Assembly (NCBI RefSeq): GCF_022045235.1
Contig: NW_027266330.1
Coordinates: 38,192,001 to 38,256,000, forward strand
DNA length: 64,000 nt
Direction of reading: 5' to 3'
DNA from: Haliotis cracherodii
Lineage: Eukaryota
This document shows positions 51,127 through 64,000 of the stretch, in pieces. The stretch's first letter is position 1. Each line of letters opens with the position of its first letter. Made by a program: the position numbers and the translations under genes. The notes beneath the pieces are model-generated. The model was given only the letters and a program-made list of their open reading frames with translations, was not told the origin of the DNA and did not search any database.

Positions 51127-51433
51127 ATGTACTGCTCACTGCTCACTGCTCACTGCCGAGAAGTGTTGTTGCCCGGATAGTCAACACTAGCAAACACTTG
51201 GTGATATAGGAGAGGGACTTCCCCTTCATATCCAGCTGTCTCGATTGTGTCATTTTATATTGTGACCCGGCAGTATGTATCTTTAAATGAACATAAATCA
51301 CGATTCTAAAACGAATGATAATTATTATCTTATCAACTGATGCATCTCTGTTATCGTTGTTTATGTAACTGAGACATACATAGTCATTATAATACGGTCG
51401 TGTCAAATGTCAGCCAGGACTTCCCCGGGAATA
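51127..51433 (-). promoter_or_regulatory. Putative promoter/exon 0 of TNF-6 with kB site
   Basis: TATAAAA at 51259-51253, GGGACTTCCC at 51214-51223, donor CAT|GTAAGG at 51127/51126 and GGACTTCCCCGGGAATA at 51417-51433. Confidence 0.5.
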
Positions 51434-53034
51434 TCAGGGTGCGCTTTAACTATACCTGGGAACATCTAACAGATTGTGACCCGGATATATTTATTCATTT
51501 AGTGAACATGTGTCACGACTGTGAAACGAATGACGATTATAATCCTATAATCTATCCAAGAGTCGCATCAATACATTCCACAATTCTGTAAGGTTTCAAA
51601 TCCTTGAAAGTTCGTAAAAAAGAAGATGCATTTGTTTCTGTCTATCTCTCATTTACTGCGATCTCTGACTGCTACTATTCGGATTACGATAGTCTATTTG
51701 TTCTCTTTCTAATTTAAACTTGGACCGTTAAGCACCAACCATGGTTCTTCATATTCCATTAGCACACCCATCAAACAGTTACCAGCGCAATATTGTAAGA
51801 TAATAATATGTCATGTAGATGAAATAATGAAACCCCTTTATTATTTTTAATAAAATGTCTGCCTTAGTAGCCATGTTGTAATAATATATTGTTTTCGATA
51901 GAACATAACCATATCCAGCTGAGCGACCAGCTTCTGAATGATAATCCTATAAATGTTGATGGGGGAACTGGTCGCCAGCTCGTCTATGTCTGTTGCTGAG
52001 CAGAGTTGTATGCCACAGGCGTGACAGAACCCAATGATTTCATATTCTTCCTATTACGCAAACCCATTTCAGCTCCATACTACACATTTGAAACTTTCCC
52101 CAAGTGGGAGTGTCTAGGATGTGCCTCATTTCATGTTTTCTTCCCTGTCAGGTTGACTCAACGTGGTGTTTCTCTAATGCTAAAGCAGCATCAAACATCA
52201 CTCAGTCACACTATTAAATGGATTCATCAACAAGTATCAACCAAGATGATACATTAATTCATTTACTAAGTCAGGGGTTGATATCAGTATGGGTACCTCT
52301 CTTTAATAGCTGTGTTAAAATATGAGGAAACTTGCATTAGTAATAGCTTTAAGTACAGGCAGTTATGCTAGAGCATAAGACTAGTACGTCTATCGCATGT
52401 TGAGAAACCTCTCGTCTCAAAGCCCGTCTGACACGCTAGATATACACTGCACAAGATACACTGCACTATACAGGGGCAAGTTTGCCTCGCTCTCGCATAA
52501 CCTGCAGGTGAGAGGCTCGCACAATAACAACGCGTGAATTCAGAGCCGCTAAGGCTGAGGTGATTGCAAAGCGTGCCAAGTCTTCCTGTGTGTCCGATTA
52601 GAGAAGTAGGACATTCTACTACAGCTTTTGGGTCAACATGACCGCGTGATTATATCGTATCGTAATATCCAAAAATGAGGTTAAATCCTTACTGTGTCTG
52701 TCTCTGACGGTCGCCCTATTCACCGCCACTGACGTGTTCTTGTTTTGTTCAGAGTCGAACAAATCTGGGGTTATATGTGATGTTGAATGCCCAACAGTGT
52801 TTGACTGTTAAATAACCAGAAGCAATATGTATTTAGATATTTATCAGTGTTTGGAAGCTACATTCTTTTTCTTAATCCAATTATTATAACTCGTCCGTTT
52901 ATGATGTCGAGGTCAGTATTTGTAAAGTAGGTTTTAGGAGGTATGATAAATGCTGGAGAGATATATGACTAGAGCTGTGGTGTGTGGCGGTGAAGAGTCA
53001 GTGCGGGAGCAATTGGGTAGTTTTGTTTATGGAA

Positions 53035-53392
53035 GGTGAGGTGAGGTGAGGTGAAATGGGGTTTAACCTCGCATCCAAGATTATTGCACTTAAATAGCGA
53101 CGTGCATGTGCTGTGTGTGTGTGTGGCTGCTTGTACTAGTCCGGATTGATGCCGATTTATAGTGCTACCACATTGAGATACCATGCCGCAGTTTAACATG
53201 GATACCTCACTCAGACACAGTATACTGACTCCGAGCCGACCAGTCTTTGTTTTAGCCCCTTAATGCCGAGCGCCAGACAGGGTAACAACAAGTACCATCT
53301 TTTAACGTCTTTTGGTATGACGCGGCTGGGGATCGATCCCCGGACCTTCCGCTCTCCGGTCGGACGCTCTACCATTAGACCACGGAGGCGGT
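53035..53392 (-). mobile_element. tRNA-derived SINE family D (Meta/RUDI-like central domain)
   Basis: tRNA head TGGTCTAATGG...GGATCGATCCC followed by GTCATACCAAAAGAC.TTAAAAGATGGTAC...GGCGCTCGGCATTAAG, recalled as the molluscan Meta-SINE core. (CTCAC)n tail and TTATGGAA TSD. Confidence 0.75.
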
Positions 53393-55210
53393 CCGCTTAT
53401 GGAAAGGGAATGGGCTCTTCGAAAACGGTTTTACCTCTATATAATCAAGTTCAAGTATCGTTTGTGTTTATTAACATTAAATATAATTCTTGACTGACCT
53501 TTGTGTTTCAATGCCAATACAAGAGACCAGTGTTACACAGGGATGATGGTCATTGTGACATACAATCAATATCTTAATGCTAAGAGAGAATGCTAAGAGA
53601 GAATGGTGAGACTCCAAGATCAAGTTCAAGCAGAGGCAAAACATTATGGCATGAAGGTTCAATTTCCAAATCTAAGGTCTACAGTAGTGATGTTATCAAG
53701 CAAACTGAAAAACTGGTGGTTTTCTGGTAACAGTTTGGAAATAGTATCTGCTCACAAGAACCTGGTTTTAATATGTGCCCCAAAGCTGTCAAAGAAGCAT
53801 GCAAACCATGAGAAAAGACATTGAATATCTTAGTCAGATTTGGAATAACAGCTGAATTGAGCCTAACCTGCTTCTGTTGTTACAGAATATTCTCAGGAGT
53901 AAACACCAGCTCTACGAAGCTGTCAGTGGAGAACTTAGTAGTTGCCAGCCTTCGCTGACCACATGTGCAATGTAGTAAAGTCTTCGTTAAAGTTGTTACA
54001 TATGGCCATCACCAGGTATCCCGAAACATGTTATGAATGTTAATAATACCAGCTTGATAATAATGAAAGGGAGACATGGCCCACACGTGAAAAACCGTTG
54101 ATGAATATTTTAGGATTTGGTGTGGCATGGATTGGACAGGGAGTTGGAAATGACTCACTTTTCCTATGACAGATGTTAAAGACTATAATTTAACCTGCGA
54201 TATATGTTTTTAAAGATATAAAATAGACCCCTTCGAGTGATCCTCATTAGGTGTGGGTGTGGTAACTATACGTTAGAAGCACACATGGGACGCTGAGCTG
54301 GCCCTATTAAAATAATAGGGAATGTAATTGTTGTCAAAGTAAAAAAAAGGTTATTACTAATGGATGATAGGGTTAATGTTTTGGTAGTGTGTGGAGACTA
54401 CGGGAGATTCCATACTTACATCTAACAATGTTGTATGTGTAGCTGTATGTGTGATGTTTCTCCCCACAAGCCCAAATCACTCTCATTTTCAAATTTAGAA
54501 CTGCAATTTTAAATAAAGTTCCTATTGGTTGTTGTTAAATTGTTAATTTTGAAGGAACGTGTGACGATCTTTTACGTCAACCCCTCGTGAATATATATAA
54601 CTGCAGTAATGGACAACATCTATATCACGTCACATATATCAGGTTGAGTGTAAAGAGCGAACCTGTAGGCTACTGGCTACTGGCTACCCTATATTTAAGT
54701 AAATGGCATAAGGTAAGAGGAGTCGAGAACAGCTTATATAGATAATAATATTTTTCACTAATTACTTGTGTTAACATTGCAGCCTATAAATGATCTCAGA
54801 GAGGGGCCCTGGGAAATACACGTGGGCATGTGACGTTCTTGATTCTTTATCAAAATATTACAAAGTCGAACAAGAAACTCAGTCCTTGTCATGTTTCCCT
54901 ATACCGTGTGCACCTTGCAGGTCGCCATGGACAAGTACAGTGCACAGATGCAGTGGTGTGTGACCGCTTGAATACATCAGCCATTAACTTCTACAAAATG
55001 GTAGGAGCAGATAATCTAGGGAAGAACAAGGAATATGTTTCCTTTGTGCTGAACAAAGACTATGAAATCTTCATGTGGGGAAAGGGGGAGGGGGTTGGTT
55101 TGACTGTGGGTATCTCTGACGTTAAGGTTTGCGTTCTTCATACAGAAAGACTGCGTCCTTTTATCAACACAGGTGCAATGTCAAAGGCTCATTTCTGATG
55201 TTCCCCGCAT

Positions 55211-56390
55211 GTGAATCAGGGCCACAGTACACTGACACAATCAGGTGAATCAGGGCCACAGTACACTGACACAATCAGGTGAATCAGGGCCATAGTACAC
55301 TGACACAATCAGGTGAATCAGGGGACACAGTTCACTGACACAATCAGGTGAATCAGGGCCACAGTACACTGACACAATCAGGTGAATCAGGGCCACAGTT
55401 CACTGACACAATCGGGTGAATCAGGGCTACAGTACACTGACACAACCAGGTGAATCAGGGCTACAGTACACTGACACAATCAGGTGAATCAGGACCACAG
55501 TACACTGACACAATCAGGTGAATCAGGGCCACAGTACACTGACACAATCAGGTGAATCAGGGCCACAGTTCACTGACACAATCGGGTGAATCAGGGCCAT
55601 AGTACACTGACACAATCAGGTGAATCAGGGCCACAGTACACTGACACAATCATGTGAATCAGGACCACAGTACACTGACACAATCAGGTGAATCAGGGCC
55701 ACAGTACACTGACACAATCAGGTGAATCAGGGCCACAGTTCACTGACACAATTGGGTGAATCAGGGCTACAGTACACTGACACAATCAGGTGAATCAGGG
55801 CTACAGTACACTGACACAATCAGGTGAATCAGGACCACAGTACACTGACACAATCAGGTGAGTCAGGGCCACAGTACACTGACACAATCAGGTGAATCAG
55901 GGCCACAGTTCACTGACACAATCGGGTGAATCAGGGCCATAGTACACTGACACAATCAGGTGAATCAAGGCCACAGTACACTGACACAATCAGGTGAATC
56001 AGGGCTACAGTACACTGACACAATCAGGTGAATCAGGGCCACAGTACACTGACACAATCAGGTGAATCAGGGCCATAGTACACTGACACAATCAGGTGAA
56101 TCAGGGCCACAGTACACTGACACAATCAGGTGAATCAGGGCCACAGTACACTGACACAATCAGGTGAATCAGGACCACAGTACACTGACACAATCAGGTG
56201 AATCAGGACCACAGTACACTGACACAATCAGGTAAGTTAGGGCAACAGTACACTGATACCATCAGGTAAATTAGGGCAACAGGACTCTCACATAATCAGA
56301 TGAATCAAAGCCACAGTACCACAATACACTGATAAAATCAGGTGAATCAGGGCCACATTACACTGACACAATGAGGGGAATCAGGGCTAC
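55211..56390. repeat. 34-bp tandem satellite (GTGAATCAGGGCCACAGTACACTGACACAATCAG), ~34 units
   Basis: Exact 34-bp period, degenerating after ~56230. Confidence 0.98.
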
Positions 56391-56574
56391 CCAATACGCA
56401 CGCCATGAAATGAATCAAGGCTAAATGTCCTGTGAGACAGGGCCATCAATTCCACTATTGCTTCATTTTGTTGTGGACCATTGTTTTCCAAAACTAATGA
56501 TATGCTGATAATTTATAAAACATAAAAGTATATTATTTCAATATCGATAACTGTTTCTGGTTACCTCTGAACAC

Positions 56575-56850
56575 CACATGTGTCAAACTAGAAAAACACC
56601 ACACTTTACATCATCATATGTCAAACCGTTACATCAGACATTCATACTTTACTCCCAATCGTGTCAAATCAGTACACCAGTCCTTCACACTTTACACAAA
56701 AGTATGTTAAACCGGCACACCCTTGTGTCAAACCAGTGTATCGAACATTTACAACTTTACACCACTTCGTGTCAAACCTTTACACCAGACAGTCACATTT
56801 TACAGCCCCTTGTTTCAAACCAGTGCACCAGACAGTCACGCTTTTGTCAA
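56575..56850. repeat. Degenerate ~40-bp tandem repeat (TGTCAAACC...CACTTTAC)
   Basis: Recurring TGTCAAAC motif. Confidence 0.6.
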
Positions 56851-59647
56851 ATCGGTACAACATTTCAAATATTTACTATCTGCATGTAATCGTATCCCAA
56901 TTGCGTCCTCGTGCTATAACTATAACAGTACAGGGCAAAACTATATATGTTACATAACACCTGGCGAAGAGAAATCTCTAGTTCTTTCTGTATAAAAAGA
57001 AATGCCCCCCATAATAACGCCACACAATTAGTTCAAGGTTATACATGTTCACACAAAGCGGGACTCTGGTGGTCACTTATAGCAACTGAAAAGAAGATTT
57101 AACGTGCGCTTTCCGACTTTAGCGTATTTCGCAACATTGCAGCGGGCTATATCTACTGCATAGCCAAGCGGCTTAAGTGTCCACTGCGCCTTTCTCACAG
57201 ATGAATAGAACTGACCAAGCGCGCAGCCCCGTCACAGTCTTTTGAGCATGTTAAAAACCAGTGTCCGGGCTGCGTGCTTGGTTGTGTTGTGTAGTTTTTT
57301 TCAGATGCACGGAAATATCTCTACTCAACTCGAGGATGTCGACAGCGATAAGATGCTTCTCAACGATTACTACAGTAAGTTCATTATTGCAATAGATATT
57401 GCACCACCTATTTTTCATACTTGATAATTATAAGTATGCAGCGTACCTAGTGTCACCGGGTGGTAAAACCAAGCTGGTCACGGTCTAGTGACGTATATAT
57501 AATGCAGCGCTTCCCACTCCCGTATCTGTCCGGCATAGTTCGGCACGTGTATGTTCTTTAGCGTTAGAGAACTTGTTGTTCATAAATGTTATTCTCATGC
57601 AGTTTAATCGCAAACTTTTATCAGAATGTAATTTGATATATGTTATCTCAAATATGTATGCAGCTTATTCATGTATTGAAAGTCTTCATTGACCGTGATA
57701 TCCTCGCAGTGGCGGGGTTATCTAGTACTATGTAGATATTTCTTATGTATTATTGTCCTTTTAATGTTCAGTCCTTTATTTTGGTATCTACATATCCCAT
57801 GTTGTTTTTGTAGTTAGTTTGATACACGGGGTTTCATTATTTTAAGAAACACAGTCTGTTACCTGCAGCCGTTTATCGTTCTCCAAGCTGACAAGGGGAG
57901 ATTATTTTCTCCTACGTCCGCGCTTATGATGGATCTCCTCCAGAATTCGCTAGACTGTTTACGTGTCGCCTTGTTCCTGTGTAGTCAGTTCGAAATGTGT
58001 TTCGCTTTGAAGTAATTACAGAGTCGTTCTGATTCTGGTACTGGCTTACTCTGGTGTTACTGACCTAATCAGCGTTACATTTTAACCCCCTTTTTGTAAC
58101 CCATGAAAAAACAATTTTCTCGGGATTGCCATGTTTAGGCTAAGTACTTTTTTATAATTGTGAGTCAAGTTACTCTTTTGATCAAGTACCAGTTTCCTTG
58201 CTCAGTTCAAGCGACTTGAGTTTATCGTTTTTAGTGCTCATTATCTAGTCAAGCTGATGATATTCATTCTTTCATTAGATTTTTGCGTTAAGTAACTCGC
58301 AGATGATAATAGGTCCCAGCCGCCGACTTAATTGACTGTCTATGTGTCTTGTCGATTGTCTTGTGAGAGTGTGGATTTAAATGTCTTAAGTCATATCTTT
58401 TATACAGTTGCTTAGTTCATCAGGTTGTATATTAGTCCTGGTTTAGAAATCAGTGATCATTGTCAGTGTCAAATGCGGTCTTGATTCTTTACATTGCCCC
58501 ACTTTAGTTACAATTAACTGACGATAACACTGCGAACTTTTTTATCAAGACTCTATTCTTATATAATGACACCCTGATCTCTTGAACACAGCTCCGTGAC
58601 ACTTATATTACTCACAGTCTAGGTCATTCGATTCGTTCCTACATGTCCTTGTAAACAGTCAAGGTAAACCAACATGTATACTAAAATTCCGTACTTGGTA
58701 CTAAAATCTCCATTGTCAATAATGAGTTGAATCCCAACAAGCAACATGGTTATCTGGAAATCCATTTGTCTAGGACCTCTCTGTGATCTGCCTCGGTTGA
58801 TGGTTTGAGAAAATTTCAATAATGCTGTTTGCTTCGGAACGTAATAGGAAAACGAAAGATATTCAATTTTTTCTGAAAACTCAAGTATAAATAAAAGCGA
58901 CAAAGCACTTTCCATATTCAAAAGAAATATCATCTAATAGCAGACTATATATCATTAGTCATGTGCTTATGTATCGTTATCAAATAGTGATGATACCAGG
59001 TGTTCGCGTACACGGTATTTTGGCCCACTGGTGTCATCCGTCACAAACACATGCAAAAGCAAGTCATTTTTTCATATGAAAATTGTTCCCATGAACTTTC
59101 TTGTTGGCATATATTGACTATTAGACAAGTTAACATGTGCTTTCAACTGCTCCTTATCATAAAACTGATTTCATAGTTTTGAAATAAAATAAACATTGTT
59201 TCTGTCCTCAGTACATACCCTTGACATTTGTTTATGATGTCGACTCGGAGTAACAGAGGGACTGTTTTTTAAATGTATTCTTTTCAAGAACTTAAAATAA
59301 TAGGACGTGTTAATTCAGGAGACAACCTGATCTATAGTTTACTGTAGACAAGTGTCTATGATATGCATTTCCCGCTTATACCAGATACCAACAAAACCCA
59401 TGTACTGACTGTGTCACTGATATACCCGATATTTTGTTGTTGAGCTCTTGCAGATGCTGCTTCTTCAAACATCCTTTTAATATACAAAATCAGTAGTTGT
59501 CATAGATGAATAACATAAACGATTCGTGACAAAGATATAAGGTTACAATACAAATGCCTCAATATCAAGATAAAGAGACCTTGTATTTCAACAATAAGAA
59601 AAGTTATTGAAATGACGTAAGCCTTACGTTTTCACTTTTTTTTCCAG

Positions 59648-62374
59648 ATGCGTTTCACATTTCCAAAAGTAATAGTTGTGGCGGTTGTCGTTCTGGTCTC
59701 ATGGTTGTCGTTTGTATCGTGGGGCGGCCTTGAGAAGTAAGTACGTGGCCTGGGAAACCCGGTGTCCGATCCATACAGTTCCAACTTAATTAAATACTAG
59801 TAGTTAACGAATCACTGGTTCGTTGTTCAGCACAGGGCGCAAGCAATGGATCCACTTTGTAATGACGGCATGGGGTTTAAGCACCTTCATTATGGATACG
59901 ACATGTACAGCTAATGAAATAAAGTACAATATGTACCTCTCCACTGAACCACTCACAGAACGAAATAATGGAAGGGGGAGTGTGTGTTAAAATTACAGTG
60001 TTTTCATGAGATCCCGTGTGTATGTGTTTTTGAAGAATAGTTAGGAAGTATTGTAATACATAGAGAATCTCGCCCGAGTGTCTTTTGATATCAAATATAT
60101 TAACACAAGTTGAGAAAAGTGAAAGCCTCGGAGTTTTCCCATAGTTTATATCAAAAGAGTGAGATTTCCACTTTTTTTCAGTTTGTAGACAGCAATAAGC
60201 AGTGTCGTAAGTACAAAAAATACTGCTAACAGCTTCAGTAGCAGAGCCATTAGTGATGTCATTTGATTGTGACGTCATGGTAACCAAAGTCATTGTCTGC
60301 AAAGTATTGTGATGCAATTTCATTGCAGCGATATCTACAGTGTAGATCTCACCCAAGCGATATCTCCTATCGGAGCCAGTTTTGGATGATAATCCTTTTT
60401 ATCGGCATTTCAATGGGTAATTTCAAAGTTATGGAACACTTATGATTTCCTGTGAGCATCACGGCATCATTTTTTCTCCAATTAAATGTTCTAAGTATAA
60501 GGGGGCACAGACGGCTCAGTTGTCAGAGGCTCGGCAATTTGCTGTGCAGAGTTGCATCGCTTTGGAGACACCAGAAACCTATGAGTGTGGGTTCGAATCC
60601 TTGTTCGCCTCGATAATGTTGCTAGGTTTGTCATCAGCATAATTGTACTCGTGGGTTGCACCTAAGTGGTAAACGTCTGAGAGCTGCATCGCTTCGGGTT
60701 TTCTTCCCACATTAAGCTGACGCATTCAAGCCAGCTCACTCACTCATACACTCCAATTTTACGATTGGATAATATATATATGACGTTTTAAAAACATTTG
60801 ATCATTTGGTTTCAAACGTTTAACAAAACAAATTGTGAATTGTTAGGCAATGGACCCTTAAATATCTGTCGATAATATTTTGTATTATATTTGTTTCTGT
60901 GAAAAGGTATATTTATAACCTTATGCAAATTAATCACAACAAACCGGTTTTCACAATTGTAGTGTTGTGTTATTATTGTTGTTGTTAACGTTATTGTGAG
61001 GCAGAGAATCCAGTAACTGACATCATGAGCGTCGATCTAAGAAATTGGGATACGATGACATACCAGCACCCAATAGCACGGGAATAGCTGGATGTTGGTA
61101 TGTTGGTATTCTTTACATAAATCTCCACTTGTAGACCCGTTCAAGTGCACCGGCAGTACCATTGCGGTATAAAATGTTCATCAGCCAGAGACACAATAGC
61201 GTCACTTCTGTACAAACCATTACTGTAAATAAACATATTACGTAGATTTGTATATTCTCCCTCTGTCACCACCTTGCAGAGTTGCGTCCATTGGACACGC
61301 AAGAGACCTACGATCGTGGGTTCGAAACCCGGGTCGCCATTATTCTGTTTCTTGGTCACCATAACAGTGTCCATGGGTTTCACCAACGTGTTACACGTCT
61401 ACGACCAGCATCCCCTCGGGCTTTCCTCCCACATCAAGCTGTCACTCCGACATGTAACTGAAACTGTATTTTAAGTGGCGTTAAACTCAAAAGTACACTG
61501 ACACACAAGCACAAACGAACACACATACGCTGGATACCATCTCTCATCTGTAATCAACTTACATGCATAAAAGATATACCTTACGTGATGTATTGATACT
61601 AATATCATAAGTGAAGCAATATTCAATATAGAAAAGTAAACAATCGAAAGAAATAAGTATATATTTTTGTAGGTTTCAGAGCGTACCAGACCATGCTCGT
61701 TCAAGAGCAGAAGACAAGGGGCAAGTACCTCAAGTTGAACATCATCCCCCCTTGAAATCTGTGAAGGCAGACACGGAAATCATATATGATTCTAACTTCA
61801 AAGATTCAAATCGTCATGCATCGGGAAAGTTCTCGAAATTATTCCTCATTGACAAACAACAAATCTACAGACTTAATGAAACAGTCTATGTGAAGATAGT
61901 GTTAATGGATCGCAAGGAAAGACCTAAAACCAGAGGAGGAGATATGTTGGTTGTTTGGATGAAAGACACAGTGAAACAAGCTTCTTCCGCCGGAAGTGTT
62001 ATTGACCATGACAACGGGACGTATACTGGCGTTCTGCGCACCATGTGGACTGGAAAAGCTGTAATCTATGCAGCGATATTGTCATCGAGAGAAAGGATGG
62101 CTTTTATATACAACAAATTTAGAAGCGGATATATCGGAAAGCATATAAGTTGCCTGTTTGATGTACATAACTTAACAGAGACAACTGTGGGGTACATGGA
62201 TAAACGGTTTCTTGACAATAAACCAATCTGCAATTTGACTGCTGAAAATTGGGGAGTTCCGTTCTATTGTACCAAACCTAAACAACGTGGATTTGAGTGC
62301 CACCATTGGACTAGAGTTAACACAGTTCATTTTGTGCCAGTACAGACAGAGGCTGATACACGCTGGTATAGGTC
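59648..62374 (+). CDS. NXPE family (neurexophilin/PC-esterase domain) protein, first two coding exons; gene continues beyond
   Basis: Exon 59648-59736 (MRFTFPKVIVVAVVVLVSWLSFVSWGG, signal anchor) joins exon 61673-~62374 in phase 2. Motifs KTRGGD, GSVIDHDNGTY, W.G.A and CNLT...WGVPFYCTKP...C..W are typical of the NXPE N-terminal region. Confidence 0.85.
60501..60746 (+). mobile_element. SINE family A (diverged; older copy at 61275-61490)
   Basis: Matches the family A consensus with B box GGTTCGAATCC. Confidence 0.8.
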
Positions 62375-63039
62375 GTAAGTAGTACTCTTCACGCCATGTT
62401 ATGTAGTTGTCATGGTCAACAAGTCGTTTTCTTCTTGTTATGAGGCGACATGGGTGTCGCAGTGGTCAAAAGCGCTACATTTAGTTGTACAGATTTGCGT
62501 TCATCAGCTGCCCAGAGGTGATTATTATCGTCGTTACGAATTCAATACTCTCATTGATTATGTTTCTTGATTTGTTAGCACTATCGGCTTTCGAGGATCC
62601 TTGACGTTTATCGTCAACGTAAACGCCTGGAACTCGGGCTTGGTGCTATGAGCTAGCCCTTGAAACATAATCAGGGCGAACCACAATCATAACTCTTCAC
62701 ATCAAATTTCGTCAGGGCCATCCGTGTAAGGATTGGGTTATGAATTAACCTTTATTTACAACACACTTTGATTCACAAAATACTATGCAACTTTTGTGAC
62801 TTTTGTCATTTTGATCATTGTGAAGACCATGTATTGTGAAGACCATGTGTTGTGAAGATCCTATTGGTCCTCTCAGTAAAGGTCAATGTTAATATTATAT
62901 GGATGTCAGTCACTGGATTGTCTGGTCCAAACTCGATTATTTTTCAGACCGCCGTCATATAGCTGGAATATTGCTGAGTGCGGCGTTTAACTATAAAGAA
63001 ACAAAACATAATATACGGGAGCTGGCGCAAAGATGACGC

Positions 63040-63188
63040 TGTGGAACAGTGTGATAGACCACAGGCTAAAACGTTCGGAAGTGGGAATGGAAATACTGTG
63101 TAGAACGAATTGATGATATCCCCTGCTGTGATATTGCTGGAACATTTCGGCGAAAATTAACACTCACTCACTCAGTCAGTAACTCACT
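63040..63188 (+). mobile_element. Degenerate SINE family B (another at 43015-43165)
   Basis: TGATATTGCTGGAA...(ACTC)n tail. Confidence 0.55.
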
Positions 63189-63377
63189 CGGTGCAGTTCC
63201 ATCCGTCGGATGTTATTTCCTGTGCCATTAGCAGGTTGTTTGTAGACAAATTCATTCTTGATATAAAGTGCTTTATCATTTCAGGTGTTCTTTTGAGAAA
63301 TTGGTGGACGTGGTCCCAATACGTATTTCCTCTGGTATGTATTTTAACAATGGTTTCGTACACTCCCGCCCGCATGC

Positions 63378-63384
63378 ACCCGCC

Positions 63385-63416
<32 letters not shown>

Positions 63417-63427
63417 CACACACACAC
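63378..63427. repeat. (GCAC)n(CA)n microsatellite
   Basis: Direct observation. Others include (ATT)n 23788-23827, (GTAA)n 20789-20812 and (TA)n 50956-50982. Confidence 0.95.
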
Positions 63428-64000
63428 AAATACAATCAAGTCAACATTTATGTGGGATGCTCGGTATTCGTGGCCCTCTTGCGGAAACATTCTTTCTACT
63501 AAATTGAAGTTGGTGTCAGCAGAAAAACAAAATATATGTCCAACCTTAAACCCTACATGAATTGACCCAAATCCAACACAAAACCCAACTGACCAAAACC
63601 TAAACGCAAATTCCAAAGTAATTTACGTTATTTTGTTTTCATGATATTTATACTTCAGATGTACACGATAGCTCTTCTAATTAATTTATAGTTCTGGCAT
63701 AACCTATATTTTTATATGAATTATACTCTACCATAATGCCAGTTTATTAGCTGATATTAATCATTGTGAATGAACTAATATTAATCATCAAATGCATTTT
63801 GGTTATAACTATAATAGAAGTGGGTTTAAATTTGAATAATTGGGGAATAGAAATAAAACAGTATAATCAGCTTCGCATTTTAATTGAGAGAAAAGAAAAT
63901 CAAGATTCAAAGAAGGGATGGCAGTTTTGGTAGAGACTGGATATTTGATCGGTCACTGCTCTCAAGAGTCGCACGTTTTTTTCGGTGAAAAGAGAAGACG

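Noticed and set aside
55211-56390. CRISPR array
   Set aside because: Units are contiguous with no unique spacers, and the context is eukaryotic.
59877-60356. 159-aa minus-strand ORF
   Set aside because: It lies in the NXPE intron, has a non-ATG start and shows no recognisable motif.
1-64000. Complete hammerhead ribozyme
   Set aside because: The CTGANGA occurrences checked by eye lacked a properly stemmed downstream GAAA. An Infernal scan would be needed to exclude one fully.

Overview
AT-rich, intron-containing eukaryotic DNA with N gaps. The SINE repertoire suggests a mollusc (abalone-like gastropod), but this is inference. The window holds a tandem cluster of six intact 4-coding-exon TNF-superfamily ligand genes (type II membrane proteins, about 233-246 aa): one on + (3742-6118) and five on - (8996-10356, 22697-24050, 34242-36774, 43772-45626, 49015-50393). 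It also holds remnants of a seventh paralog (~16.1 kb) and the first two coding exons of an NXPE-family gene (59648-62374, +). A diverged promoter/5'-UTR-exon module occurs five times. It predicts a further TNF gene left of the window and gives TNF-3 two upstream promoters or one orphan. All six TNF domains carry His/Asp at positions that line the trimer axis in vertebrate TNF. Subgroups add a TRAIL-like lone Cys (TNF-1/4) or a loop RGD (TNF-2/3). Intergenic DNA has a disabled Tc1 element, L2 and RNase H-bearing LINE fragments, four SINE-like families, MITEs, two 33-bp minisatellite arrays inside a segmental duplication, a 34-bp satellite with 170/340-bp higher-order structure, and a ~1.5-kb near-identical tandem duplication that may be an assembly artefact. 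All gene models were spliced by eye; no database searches were run.
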